A DNA stretch of 64,000 bases from Dendrobates tinctorius (GCF_039654945.1 NW_027361696.1:11842001-11906000); one strand, 5' to 3'. Counted from the stretch's first letter, positions 35,201-47,119 are shown. Numbers and translations: made by a program. The notes: generated by a model not told the origin, from the sequence alone.

Positions 35201-36507
35201 CCAAATCTGAGTTAAAGTATTATTGGATTACGGTCTGAAATACCCCTGTTTCCATGCTCCACATCCCCCACCCACATCGCTAGGTTACTGGAATAAAATA
35301 TATAGTCTAAACAGGATAAAGTGCGTCAAATGGATGAGTGACAGGTATGTTCTCTAACCTCAGGATGACGCATCCTCCACAGATCCACCCAACCGCTACC
35401 CCTCATGAGTAATTATAACGGGGATGGAGAGGGAGTGGCCTCGAAGACCCCATGATCCAGTCTAAAGGCCCCGTCACACATAGCGACTCACCAGCGATCC
35501 CGACAATGATATCAACGTGTCAGGATCGCTGGTGAGTCGCTACATGATCGCTGGTGAGCTGTCAAACAGACAGCTTCACCAGCAATGCCGAGTGCGCGGC
35601 GTCGCTGTGTACTTTAGTTACCAGCGTGCTGATGCAGGGAGCTGGTAACTGAGGTACACATCGGGTTTCTAAGGGACGTGCGTCACTTAGAAACCCGATG
35701 TGTACCTTAGTTACCAGCTCCCTGCATCAGCGCGCTGGTAACTAAGGTACACATCGGGTTTCTAAGTGACGCACTTCCCTTAGATACCCGATCTGTACGT
35801 TAGTTACCAGCTGATCGCCGGTCTCCCGCCTGTCACATGCAGCGATGCGTGCTGGCCAGCGGGAGGCCAGCGATTAAAGAAAAGTCCAGGGCTTTCCAAG
35901 AGCGATCAGCGATACCGGCAGGGGGGCCGGTCGCTGATCGCTGTCACACACAGCGATCTCGCTGGTGAAATCGCTGTTGTGTCACAAAACTTGTGAATCA
36001 GCAGCGATCTCACTAGCGAGATCGCTATGTGTGACGGGGCCCTTAGTCTATTGAGACAATTATCCATAACAAGATTAAAATCTCCCATGCACATGACTAA
36101 TGCATCCGGATAATTTAGGGCAAAGCTTACCGCCTTTTTAATAACTGACAAATTGGCCGGGGGTGGGTTATAAACACACATTACGTAGTTTTTCATATTT
36201 ACCGATGCACGCACAAAAACAAAACGTCCCTCAGGGTCTTTCCGAGCTTCCTTAACTTCCCATCTAATGTCCTTGTGGATTAACAAGGACACCTCTCTAG
36301 AGAAACTAGTATGAAATGCATGTATAGACCATTGTACCCATAGTTTCTGCACATAACGGGCCGAATCCCTGGTCAGATGTGTCTCAACCTGGGCCACAAT
36401 GTGAGGGTGGTGACGCTTAATCTGGGAAAATAATTTAACTCTCTTTTGGGGGGATTTGACTGAGGCCTCTCTCATTCCAGGTCATACTTATTACTTCAGA
36501 TCCCAAG
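32204..36507 (-). pseudogene. L1 ORF2 (APE endonuclease plus reverse transcriptase), disrupted
   Basis: TWNERG, ETHL, GDFN endonuclease motifs; KAPGPDG, LDATKAFD, GTRQGCPLSP; catalytic YADD changed to YADY; frameshifts and a MITE insertion; longest open piece 32860-35151. Confidence 0.92.
35466..36042. mobile_element. Harbinger-like MITE inside the L1 endonuclease region
   Basis: TIRs AGGCCCCGTCACACATAGCGA / TCGCTATGTGTGACGGGGCCC; TAA/TTA flanks; internal palindrome ~35605-35810. Confidence 0.8.
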
Positions 36508-36530
36508 TTCCCCTATCCAGATGTGATATA

Positions 36531-38139
36531 CAGTGGGGAAAAAAAGTATTTAGTCAGTCAGCAATAGTGCAAGTTCCACCACTTAAAAAGATGAGAGGCG
36601 TCTGTAATTTACATCATAGGTAGACCTCAACTATGGGAGACAAACTGAGAAAAAAAAATCCAGAAAATCACATTGTCTGTTTTTTTTTCATTTTATTTGC
36701 ATATTATGGTGGAAAATAAGTATTTGGTCAGAAACAAGCAATCAAGATTTCTGGCTCTCACAGACCTGTAACTTCTTCTTTAAGAGTCTCCTCTTTCCTC
36801 CACTCATTACCTGTAGTAATGGCACCTGTTTAAACTTGTTATCAGTATAAAAAGACACCTGTGCACACCCTCAAACAGTCTGACTCCAAACTCCACTATG
36901 GTGAAGATCAAAGAGCTGTCAAAGGACACCAGAAACAAAATTGTAGCCCTGCACCAGGCTGGGAAGACTGAATCTGCAATAGCCAACCAGCTTGGAGTGA
37001 AGAAATCAACTGTGGGAGCAATAATTAGAAAATGGAAGACATACAAGACCACTGATAATCTCCCTCGATCTGGTGCTCCACGCAAAATCCCACCCCGTGG
37101 GGTCAGAATGATCACAAGAACGGTGAGCAAAAATCCCAGAACCACGCGGGGGGACCTAGTGAATGAACTGCAGAGAGCTGGGACCAATGTAACAAGGCCT
37201 ACCATAAGTAACACACTACGCCACCATGGACTCAGATCCTGCAGTGCCAGACGTGTCCCACTGCTTAAGCCTGTACATGTCCGGGCCCGTCTGAAGTTTG
37301 CTAGAGAGCATTTGGATGATCCAGAGGAGTTTTGGGAGAATGTCCTATGGTCTGATGAAACCAAACTGGAACTGTTTGGTAGAAACACAACTTGTCGTGT
37401 TTGGAGGAAAAAGAATACTGAGTTGCATCCATCAAACACCATACCTACTGTAAAGCATGGTGGTGGAAACATCATGCTTTGGGGCTGTTTCTCTGCAAAG
37501 GGGCCAGGACGACTGATCCGGGTACATGAAAGAATGAATGGGGCCATGTATCGTGAGATTTTGAGTGCAAACCTCCTTCCATCAGCAAGGGCATTGAAGA
37601 TGAAACGTGGCTGGGTCTTTCAACATGACAATGATCCAAAGCACACCGCCAGGGCAACGAAGGAGTGGCTTCGTAAGAACCATTTCAAGGTCCTGGAGTG
37701 GCCTAGCCAGTCTCCAGATCTCAACCCTATAGAAAACCTTTGGAGGGAGTTGAAAGTCCGTGTTGCCAAGCGAAAAGCCAAAAACATCACTGCTCTAGAG
37801 GAGATCTGCATGGAGGAATGGGCCAACATACCAACAACAGTGTGTGGCAACCTTGTGAAGACTTACAGAAAACGTTTGACCTCTGTCATTGCCAACAAAG
37901 GATATATCACAAAGTATTGAGATGAAATTTTGTTTCTGACCAAATACTTATTTTCCACCATAATATGCAAATAAAATGAAAAAAAAAAACCAGACAATGT
38001 GATTTTCTGGATTTTTTTTTCTCAGTTTGTCTCCCATAGTTGAGGTCTACCTATGATGTAAATTACAGACGCCTCTCATCTTTTTAAGTGGTGGAACTTG
38101 CACTATTGCTGACTGACTAAATACTTTTTTTCCCCACTG
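36531..38139 (+). mobile_element. Intact Tc1 (DD34E) DNA transposon, 1609 bp
   Basis: ~210-bp near-identical TIRs starting CAGTGGGGAAAAAAAGTATTTAGTCAG; TA TSD; uninterrupted transposase ORF. Confidence 0.95.
36898..37920 (+). CDS. Tc1-family transposase, 340 aa, intact
   Basis: N-terminal paired-like [33 protein letters not shown]...SPDLNPIE with exactly 34 residues between the second D and E. Confidence 0.95.
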   Translation: MVKIKELSKDTRNKIVALHQAGKTESAIANQLGVKKSTVGAIIRKWKTYKTTDNLPRSGAPRKIPPRGVRMITRTVSKNPRTTRGDLVNELQRAGTNVTRPTISNTLRHHGLRSCSARRVPLLKPVHVRARLKFAREHLDDPEEFWENVLWSDETKLELFGRNTTCRVWRKKNTELHPSNTIPTVKHGGGNIMLWGCFSAKGPGRLIRVHERMNGAMYREILSANLLPSARALKMKRGWVFQHDNDPKHTARATKEWLRKNHFKVLEWPSQSPDLNPIENLWRELKVRVAKRKAKNITALEEICMEEWANIPTTVCGNLVKTYRKRLTSVIANKGYITKY

Positions 38140-38399
38140 TAATAAACTTTAGAGATAGCATAATTGATGTTCTGGCAGCAGCATCTATATATACCTTAAC
38201 AAACCATACTAAAACAAAAAAACAAAGTAAGATGCAAAAAGGAGCACAATCTCATGCTCCTGTTTCAGTCCCAAAAAAAGGGTACCATCACTGAACACAG
38301 TGTCCGGTATGATTGGACGCTGGCGGAAAGAGCTCCTATCTTTACAGATATCAAGAAGTTCTATTTCCCCATGCACCCGTGTAGGGATAACAGTAGATA

Positions 38400-39206
38400 A
38401 ATCAGGGTAACTTTCCATTCGCTCAGACCACAGCCACTCCACGGCCTCCGCTGGGGTTGTACAAAATATGGAGGAACCTTCATAAACAATTCGAAGTCGA
38501 GCTGGGTAATTCATTGAATATAGAATATTCCTTTCTCTAAGTTGTTTCTTGATCTCCATAAATTGAGCCCGATGCTTCTGCAACGCCATAGAAAAATCTG
38601 GAAAAATTGAAATTGTGGTGTTGTTGAATTTAATGGGACTTTTTTGCCTTGCCATACGGAGGATAGTGTCTCTGTCTTTGCAATTGAGGAGGCGCGCCAA
38701 AAAGGGTTGTGACGACTACCCGGGGGAAGAGATTTTGTAGGTACCCTATGGGCCCTCTCCACGGAAAAAGTTGGACAGATCTCACTTCCCAATGTGTCTC
38801 TGAGCCATCCTTCAAAGAATTGCTTCGGTCGCTGACCTTCCAAGTGCTTTGGTAATCCAATAATTCGGATGTTGTTCCGACGCATTCTGTTCTCTAGGTC
38901 TTCCACCTTTTGCCTCCAGGTATTTATGGAGCCAGCTACCTTTGACAACTTAGTTTCCATAGGTGCAAGATTATCTTCCAGGCTGGTTTCGACTTCAGAT
39001 AAGCTCCCCTTCATGTCTTGCATATCCTGCCGAAGACGCCCCACTTCCTAATGCACCTCCTCTATTTTCCTCCAACAAGAATGTTCATTGGGCAGCACGG
39101 TGGCTCAGTGGTTAGCGCTGCAGCCTTGCAGCACTGGGGTCCTGGGTTCGAATCCTACCAAGGACAACATCTGCAAGGAGTTTCTATGTTCTCCCCGTGT
39201 TTGCGT

Positions 39207-39237
<31 letters not shown>

Positions 39238-39595
39238 ACACTCCAAAAACATACTGATAGGGAATTTAGATTGTGAGCCCCATCGGGGACAGTGATGAAA
39301 ATGTGTGCAAACTGTGAAGCGCTGCGGAATATGTTAGCGCTATATAAAAATAAAGATTATTATATTATTATTATTAGTTAGAGATATGGCTTGCATTAAT
39401 TGTTTAGATGCTTGTTTTATGGTCAGATCTTCTTGATCACCACCCTTCTTCGCCGTCAGAAGCGCGGTTTTTACGTTGATCTGCAGCTTTAACACTTGAT
39501 GGAGCATTTCTGTTGGACCTTGAGTTATCAGAGGGGTCAGGTCTTGCATACTCCTTTAGCTTTTCAGCCGCCTCTGAGCTCTTTGATCGGTTCAT
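38400..39595 (-). pseudogene. L1 ORF1 (coiled coil, RRM, CTD), frameshifted and interrupted by a SINE
   Basis: Start MNRSKSSEAAEKLKEYAR at 39595; EDLENRMRRNNIRIIGLP, VERAHRVP, ISIFPDFS, YPARLRI. Confidence 0.88.
39090..39376 (+). mobile_element. tRNA-derived SINE with V-SINE-like core and L2-type tail
   Basis: Box A TGGCTCAGTGG, box B GGTTCGAATCC, core gtttgcgtgggtttcctccgggcactccggtttcctcccaca, tail ending (TTA)n. Confidence 0.88.
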
Positions 39596-39703
39596 AATTA
39601 ACGTTTATGAGAAACAACTAGCTGGTCAAGTATATTTCCCCCCCTTCCCCTACTTGTAGCAGCTTTTTTATAGAGTGGAAGCACTGATTTCTTGGTTTAC
39701 TAA

Positions 39704-40099
39704 AGGGCATGTCACACTAAGAGATATCGCTAGCGATATCGCTATAACTAGTGACGTTATAGCGATATTGCTAGCGATATCTCTGTGTCCGATACTTACC
39801 TACGACCGGCTCCCCCGCTGATTATCGCTGATCGCGCGAGAACGTTCAGGACTGTTTCTCGTCGTCAGCTTCCTGTGGCGCTTCCTGCTGTGAGGACGAG
39901 CGACGCGTGGAGCCGGGCGGGAGGACGCAGGATCGCCTAGTGTGACAGGTAAGTAACGATCCCCGTCCCCAGCGATGTCGCTAGTGAGATCTGCCTGTGT
40001 GGCAGCTCACTAGCGACCACTTAGCGATGTACCAGCGATCCTGACCGCGTCATATCGCTGGTCGGGATCGCTGGTACATCGCTAAGTGTGACAGTACCT
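39704..40099. mobile_element. Harbinger-like MITE (~395 bp)
   Basis: AGGGCATGTCACAC...GTGTGACAGTACCT; TAA TSD. Confidence 0.82.
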
Positions 40100-40197
40100 T
40101 AATGCAAAGTAATACAGCCAGTTTGTTTGATCTGCTGTGCAGATCCCTTCCAGATAAGATATGGTGCACTGTCAGCAAGCTGCTACATCCTCTATAA

Positions 40198-40588
40198 AGG
40201 TACTGTCACACTTAGCGGTATCGCTAGCAATATCGCTATAACTTGTGACGTTATAGCGATATTGCTAGCGATATCGCTGTGTCTGATACTTACCTACGAC
40301 CCGCTCCCCTGCTGCTTATCGCTGATCGCGCGAGAACGTCCAGGACCGTTTCTCGTCGTCAGCTTCCTGCTGGGCCTCCTGTGGAGCGACGAGCGTGGAG
40401 CCGGGCGGGAGGACGTCAGGATCGCCTAGTGTGACAGGTAAGTAGCGACCCCCGACCCCTGTGATGTCGCTGGTGAGATCTGCCTGTGTGGCAGCTCACT
40501 AGTGACCACTTAGCGATGTACAAGCGATCCTGACCGCGTCATATCGCTGGTCGGGATCGCTGGTGCATCGCTAAGTGTGACAGTACCT
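40198..40588. mobile_element. Harbinger-like MITE, sibling of 39704-40099
   Basis: AGGTACTGTCACACTTAGCG...CGCTAAGTGTGACAGTACCT; TAA TSD. Confidence 0.85.
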
Positions 40589-40724
40589 TAACTCCAGCCA
40601 TGGGGAGCAGGGAGAAGTGAAAGTGAAAGCACAAAGCTGTCAGCACTGGTCTATCATACTACTTCACTAGCAGTTGTTCTACCCACTGCGACTTCAGTTT
40701 GTGTGCAATGAAAGCTTACTGTAA

Positions 40725-43700
40725 GGCTAAGTGCCCACGTTGCAGAAATGCTGCGGAAATGTCCGCAGCATTTCCGCAACTCCCTGCCTCGGGTACATCG
40801 CATGCGGAATTCGCATGCGCTTTCCCGCAAAACACAAGCATTTTGCAATCGTTTTTAGCTTGCAGAATGCTTGCTCTTTCCAAGCGATTTGAAGCATGGC
40901 TTGGAAATATGATTGACAGGTTGGTCACACTTGTCAAGCATAGTGCTTGACAAGTGTGACCAACTTTTTACTATTGATGCTGCCTATGGTGCATCAATAG
41001 TAAAAGATAGAATGGTAAAAACATAGCTCCCAAGCGTCCCGATTCCCGCGGGACAGTCCCGGTTCCCGCGGGACAGTCCCGGTTTTGACACGCCTTTCCC
41101 GCGTCCCGCCCGGGACGGTATTTTTCCCGCATTGCACTGAGCCGCCACGCCCCCATCCACCGACGCCATGCTCGCCGTCCCAGATAGACGCACCGCAGTC
41201 TGCAATGATGTGGCTGGGCTGTGTGTGTTCTGTCTGTGCGCAGAGGACCTGTGAGAGGGAAGGAGTCAGGGGTCACATGATCAGGCCCCTCTATGTCTAT
41301 GTGGCTGGGCTGTGTGTGTTCTGTGCGCACAGGATCTGTGAGAGGGGAGGAGTCAGGGGTCACATGATCAGGGGCTGTGTCTGCCTCCATGTCTGTCTGC
41401 ACTCTGCAGGAGTCAGGTCTGCTGTGCTGGTTGTCATGTTGGATGAGGTAAAGTTTCTGAGTGGGGTCAGGAGAGGTGTACAGTGTGGATGTAGCAGAGC
41501 CGTGTGTGTACGAGGTGTACGGAGCAGAGCCACGTGTGTACAAGGTGTACGGAGCAGAGCTGGGTGTGTGTACGAGGTGTACGGAGCAGAGCCGGGTGTG
41601 TGTACGAGGTGTACGGAGCAGAGCCACGCGTGTACGGAGTGGAGCCCCATGCGTATGAGGTGTACAGAGCGGAGGTGTGCGTGTACAAGGTGTACGGAGC
41701 CATGTGAGTACGAGGTGTACGGAGCGGAGCCGCATGTGTACGAGGTATACAGAATGCAGCCGCATGTGTACGAGGTGTACAGAGCGGAACAGCGCGTGTA
41801 CGGGTCGTATGGAGCGGAGCCGCGTGTGTACGAGGTGTACGGAGCGGAGCCATGCGTGTACGGAGCAGAGTCGTGTGTGTAGTCGGTGTACGGAGCGGAG
41901 GCACGTGTGTACTTGGTGTATGGAGCGGAGCCGTGTGTGTATGAGGTATGCGGAGCCGTGTGTGTGCGGATTGGAGCCGTATGTGTACTGGATGTACGGA
42001 GCGGAGCCAAGTGTGTACAAGGCATACAAAGTGGGCGTTTCCCACGGACACAGGGAGTACACGGCGGAGCCCCAAGGAGCACTTTAAAACTCGCACATGA
42101 CGTTCCACCGGAAGTGATGTGCTGGAAGCTGACCGGAAATTAGGTAATTTCATGAGGAGATTGTGACGGAACCAGGAATGCTTCAGATCCATCACCGTGT
42201 CCTCCTCTGACAGCGCGGAGAGCAGAATCACCTTGGAATCAGGGATGCCGGCCATGTGAGCGGATCATGATATGTCCTGCACCGGGAGGCTCAGGTGGGC
42301 ACTTCAGTGGGAGTTGGGCTGCTATAGTATCTTTATAGAATCTTTATTTCTTTCTCTGTTTCTTTATTTCTCTGTTCTTTTTTTCTCTCTGTTTCTTTCT
42401 CATTCTCTGTTCTGTCTTTCCCTCTCTTTTTCTTTCTCTCTCTCTGTTCTTTCTCTCTCTAATCTTTCCTTTTTTCCTCTCTCTTTTCCTTCTTTCCCCT
42501 CTTTCTTTCTTTCCTCTCTTTTTCTTTCTTTCTCTCTGTACTTTCTTTACTTCTTTCTCTCCCTCTGTTCTTTCTCAGTCTCTGTCTGTGTTCTTTCTTT
42601 CCCCTCTTTCTTTCTCTTTATCTCTCGCTTCTTTTTCTTTCCCCTCTTTTTTCTTTCTTTCTTTTTTTTCCTTTGTTTTTCTCTCTCTCTATTCTTTCTT
42701 TCTTTCCCCTCTTTCTTTCTTTCGCTCTTCCTCTGTTCTTTTTTTCTGTCCCCTCTTTCTTTCTCTCTCTGTTATTTCTTTCCCCTCTTTCTTTCTTTCT
42801 TTCTATCTGTTCTCTCTCTCTCTCTCTTTGTTCTTTCTTTTTTCTTTTCCCTCTTTCTTTCTCTCTGTTCTTTTTTTCTCTCTGTGTTCTTTTTTTCTGT
42901 CCCCGCTTTTTTCTCTCTGTTCTTACTTTCTCTCTCTCTTTTTCTCTGTTCTTTCTTTATTTCCCCTTTCTTGCTTTCTCCTTTCTTTCTCTCTGTTCTT
43001 TCTTTCGCTCTCAGTTCTTTCTTTCCCCTCTTTCTTTCTCTCTGTTCTTTCTTTCTTTCTTTCTCTCTCTCGGTTTTCTTTCTTTTCCTTAGTACCAGTC
43101 AGTGTGCCCACAGTACCAGCCACTGTGCCCATAATGCCAGCCACTATGCCCCTAATAGCAGTCAGTGTGATCAGCAGTGCTAAATGGGTGTGACTGGGCG
43201 TGGACATGGGTGTGACTAATCGTGAAATGGGTTTGGTCGGGGCGTGGCCTAAAATTTGCGGCGCCGCAACCTGTGTCCCTCTTTCCCTTTTTCAAAAGTT
43301 GGGAGGTATGGTAAAAATAATTTAAAAAAATTAAAAAATATGGTTATTCTCACCTTCTGACGGCCCCCGATGTCCTTAGTGGCGCTTTTGGTACATTCCG
43401 TTCCCAGGGATGCTTTGCGCGAAGGACCTTTGTGACGTCACACTGGCGAGACCGCTACGTCATCTCAGGTGATTCACGCAATGCATCCCTGGGAACGGAA
43501 GATGCTGACAGAGTGGCTGAGAGGCGGGAGGACTCCGGGGGCCATCAGAGGGTGAGTATATCCCTATTTTTTATTTTACTTCTATTTTTACAGGATATGG
43601 TACCCAGGGCCTAGTGGAGAGTCTCCTCTCCTCCAGACCCTGGGTACCATCCGCACATTAAGCACTTACTATGCACATGGTGGGCATAGCCACATGCGTA

Positions 43701-43931
43701 AAGTGAGCGTTTCAATGCAATCCTATGGTGGTGGAATCGCCGCAATTTTGCAGAAATAATGGACATGCTGCCGATTTTACCGCTATGCGATTCCGCAGCG
43801 GGAAAATCCGCTGCATGGGCACAGCAACTGCAGAATCCCATAGGATTGCATGAAAATGCGTTTTTTAAGCGTTTCCGTGGCCGGAAAAACGTGGCGGAAA
43901 CGCTTAAAAAACGCAACGTGGGCACATAACC
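40725..43931. mobile_element. Harbinger-like element (family of 13695-14589, opposite orientation) split by a hAT-like insertion
   Basis: GGCTAAGTGCCCACGTTGC...GCAACGTGGGCACATAACC; TAA TSD. Confidence 0.8.
41022..43310. mobile_element. Non-autonomous hAT-like element filled with simple repeats
   Basis: TIRs CATAGCTCCCAA / TTGGGAGGTATG; flanking direct repeat GTAAAAA (7 bp clear, whereas hAT normally gives 8); contains a ~30-bp minisatellite at 41490-42070 and a CT-rich tract at 42340-43090. Confidence 0.65.
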
Positions 43932-44035
43932 TAAGAGTCCCACAAAAACCCCGGTATGTGGTCTGAAGTAGGGCATTGTCAGCAGATTTCCACGGCAACC
44001 ACGGTCTCAGTCCCAAGCAGCAGAGATAAAAGTAA

Positions 44036-44473
44036 GGCTAGTTTCACACTAACGTATGGAGGAGCTGCGGAGGGATGCGTACTTCCTCCGTGAAGCTCCG
44101 CCCATGGTCGCACCTCCTCCGGTCAGCTCTGCCTCCGCTGGCATTCGGCCTGCGTACCCTATCTTTAGCATTAGGTACGCAGGCCGCGTCGATGTATGCA
44201 GATGCCTCCACATGCTTCGTTTTGACGGGGCGGCGACCTGCGCCGAACGCAAAGTGTTGCATTTTGGTGTGGTTGCCGCACCGTCAAAACGACGCATGCG
44301 GAGGCATCTGCATACATCGGCACGGCCTCTGTACCTATTTCTAAATATAGGGTACGCAGGCCGCATGCCGACAGAGGTGGAGCTGAACAAAGGAGGTGCG
44401 GCCATGGGCGGGGCTTCACGGTGGAAGCCCACATCCCTCCACGGCTCCTCCATACGCTAGTGTGAAACTAGCC
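44036..44473. mobile_element. Foldback Harbinger-like MITE, 438-bp near-palindrome
   Basis: GGCTAGTTTCACACTA...TAGTGTGAAACTAGCC; TAA TSD; arms complementary almost to the centre (~44255). Confidence 0.88.
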
Positions 44474-47119
44474 TAAGAGCGCTGGATTAATATATCATAG
44501 CGGGCGCCAGCAGGCGATGTATATCTCTAATGGGGAAACGCAGGGCACATTTCACAGAGCTCACACCGTGTGTACCTCCGTGAGTCCGATGTGCCGTTTG
44601 ATCAGCCGCGCCTGAAGAGGATTCTTCTGTGCTGCGCCTCCAACTTCTATGGTGCACAGCAGAAATGGCCGCACATCGTACCTTCTCAGAAGCCGGATAT
44701 CTCCAGGAGCCCAGGTGGTCACACTATCACCTAGGTGAGTCACGTTTGGGTGGTGTAAATACCGGATAGAAGTCAGGATTATGGGAGCTCTGCCTAAGCA
44801 CGTCCTCTCAGCTCCACTACATCACCACGCCCCCTGTATAACCCAACTTTTGTTTCCACTTTCAGTTCCAGTTAGGAATTTGCAGCTCTCTGGCACCCCC
44901 TTTACCTTCAGGTCAATCAGGGAACTGCACCTAGGATAAGTGGTCGCTGGAAAGGCTGTCTTGTCGCCTACTGGCTATCAGGCACTCTGCAGTGAGGGCG
45001 GTATGTATATCACCAGTCCCAGGTTGGAAATACACACATAAACCTCCGATCCATCACTGCCAGGGTTCTCCAATACCACAAGGATGCTACGCTGCCACCA
45101 GTTCCTAGTTTGTTACTAAAGCCTATATCGAGTCAGGAACCAAACCACAGGGTAGCGTGATTTGGCACGGAGTACGTGTCTGTTCTATCATAGAGCAAAA
45201 AGAACAAACCTAGTAAATTTATAAGTTTACTCCAGAAAATATAGGCAGTGTTCACACAAATACAAATTATATTATAAAAGGAGACAAAATACAGTATGTA
45301 CAGACAGTTACAAATAAAATGGATTAAAATAAGAAACTTACTCTGTCACAGATATGACGTATCGATAAAGGGGAGGAGGGCCTTCCCAAGGAAAATGGTT
45401 CATCAGCACAGCATCTTAGCTGGCTCTCCTGGCATCTGACGCCTCTCCAATTGAGCATCTCAGCTTTATGCTTTTGCCCAGAACCAAGTGACTCCTCCTT
45501 TGCTGACCTCACTTGGTGGGCTGTGTTAGAGGATGTACGCCCCTTTTGAAAAGCTATTAAAGCTCCTAACTTTCCATATCTTTGGCTGGGGGGCTCACAG
45601 GGTAATGGCAGGGGAATTACCTGTTCCCCTGTGACGTGACCATCCTTTTGAGACCAAATATGACATCTCTGCGTGTTACTCGGGGCAGAAACTGTTTCCC
45701 GGTTTCTGATGGGCATAACGGCTGCAAAACGCTGCGGTGCGTAGCCCTAATTATGCTGAGTCTGGAAATATCTTTTTCCTGTCTCTAGGTTCATTGTGGG
45801 TTATTAAATTCTACCTGCAATAGACAAAGGATATTTTGCAGGGAAAGACAGCGTTTAACTGGCCAGATGCAATAAAAGTGACCAGCTGCTAAAGGGAGGG
45901 GGAAAGTGGATAGGATTTTACAGAGCAGAGGTAGGGGGACTGCGAGGGGGAAGTAGCTGGTGAGCTTGTTCTTTACAAATCAATGGGGGGAAGGGCAGTA
46001 ATTCATTTCTGTATGTGTACCTGGGATATCAGCAAACAACTCATATTTTCCTGACAGGATTGTATTGGGCAGGTGATGAGCAGTGCCTGGTTTTCTCCTC
46101 ACATACCGCTTAGAATTATCACAAAAAAGTTCTATCTTCGTCTCATCAGACCAGATAATCTTATTTCTCATAGTCTGGGAGTCCTTCATGTGTTTTTTTA
46201 GCAAACTCTTTGCGGGCTTTCATATGTCTTGCACTGAGGAGAGGCTTCCGTCGGGCCACTCTGCCATAAAGGCCCGACTGGTGGAGGGCTGCAGTGATAA
46301 TTGACTTTGTGGAACTTTCTCCCATCTCCCTACTGCATCTCTGGAGCTCAGCCACATTGATCTTGGGGTTCTTCTTTACCTCTCACACCAAGGCTCAAAG
46401 AAATGGACAGAATGTGACTTAAATATGAGTGTCTGAGCAAAGGGTCTGAATACTTATGACCATGTGATATTTCAGTTTTTCTTTTATAATAAATTTGCAA
46501 ACAATTCTACATTTGAGTTTTTTCAGTCAAGATGGAGTGCAGAGTGTACATTAAAGAGAAAAAAATGAACTTTTTTGAATTTACCAAATGGCTGCAATGA
46601 AACAAAAAGTGGAAAAATGTAAAGGGGTCTGAATACTTTCTGTACCCACTTTATAGCCACCTGTTCACACTGTGTATAATGTAAGACACAGAGCCAGGAG
46701 CTTACAGATCCATCTATAGAGACGGTGTCTGTGGTGTGACCTCGGCTGTTTACTTTCAGACATAAGATACAGGTGACTGACACAATGTTGGAGCAATGAT
46801 TGTAATATAGTAGCCTGTTCACACTGTGTATAAAGTAAGACACAGAGCCAGGAGCATAAATATCCCTCTAAAGAAAGGTCCCGATTAACGGTCAGTGGTA
46901 CCTTCTCCTTACAAACTGGCACACGCCAAGGCCGCCCCTGTCCCTTGTCTCTCTGCAGACAGCGGATGCTGAGGTTTTCCTAACAGGAGCACGCATAAAT
47001 GCTAAGGGTGAGGGGGTCAGGGATCAGAAAGCAGGTGGTCCCGTGCAGCTGACCAGTGTTACCACAAATGGTGACATGGGCAGTGGTAGCTGCCCCTTCA
47101 TTAGTACAGCTCATTAGGT

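Larger units (their letters stand above)
31811..44835 (-). mobile_element. Full-length but inactivated LINE-1-clade element carrying at least seven secondary insertions
   Basis: Poly(A) tail (T-run at 31810-31819), ORF2, ORF1, GC-rich 5' end (ggggcgtggtgatg...); ~12-bp TSD TATAA(G/C)CCAACT at 31799 and 44836. Confidence 0.8.
31780..46056. mobile_element. Solo-LTR-like element, copy 2, split by L1 into 31780-31810 and 44836-46056
   Basis: Termini TGTCAGGAA...TTCCTGACA; 5-bp TSD GGATT (31775-31779 / 46057-46061) inside the Tc1 ORF. Confidence 0.8.
31170..46651 (-). mobile_element. Old, deleted Tc1/mariner element split into 31170-31779 and 46057-46651
   Basis: TIR CAGT(A/G)GGTACAGAAAGTATTCAGACCCCTTT at both ends, TA flanks; the halves join as KPGTAHHLPNTI|[12 protein letters not shown]; WSDETK and PDLNPIEHLW remnants. 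Confidence 0.88.
31025..46870. repeat. ~155-bp tandem repeat whose copies (31025-31169 and 46654-46870) are separated by a 15.5-kb transposon nest
   Basis: gttcacactgt...gtaagacacagagccaggagc...gagcaatgattgtaata on both sides. Confidence 0.85.

Noticed and set aside
39090-39165. tRNA gene
   Set aside because: The A and B boxes are the head of a SINE, followed by a conserved core and LINE tail rather than a cloverleaf and terminator.
40971-43207. 363-aa, 303-aa and other long ORFs
   Set aside because: Low-complexity repeats inside a non-autonomous element; no transposase motifs.
44044-44460. Twin 134-aa ORFs on opposite strands
   Set aside because: An artefact of a palindromic MITE.
46940-47040. 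Acceptor-like tcccttgtctctctgcag as a candidate next HSPG2 exon
   Set aside because: The phase-0 translation (TADAEVFLTG...) shows no similarity to perlecan LG3.
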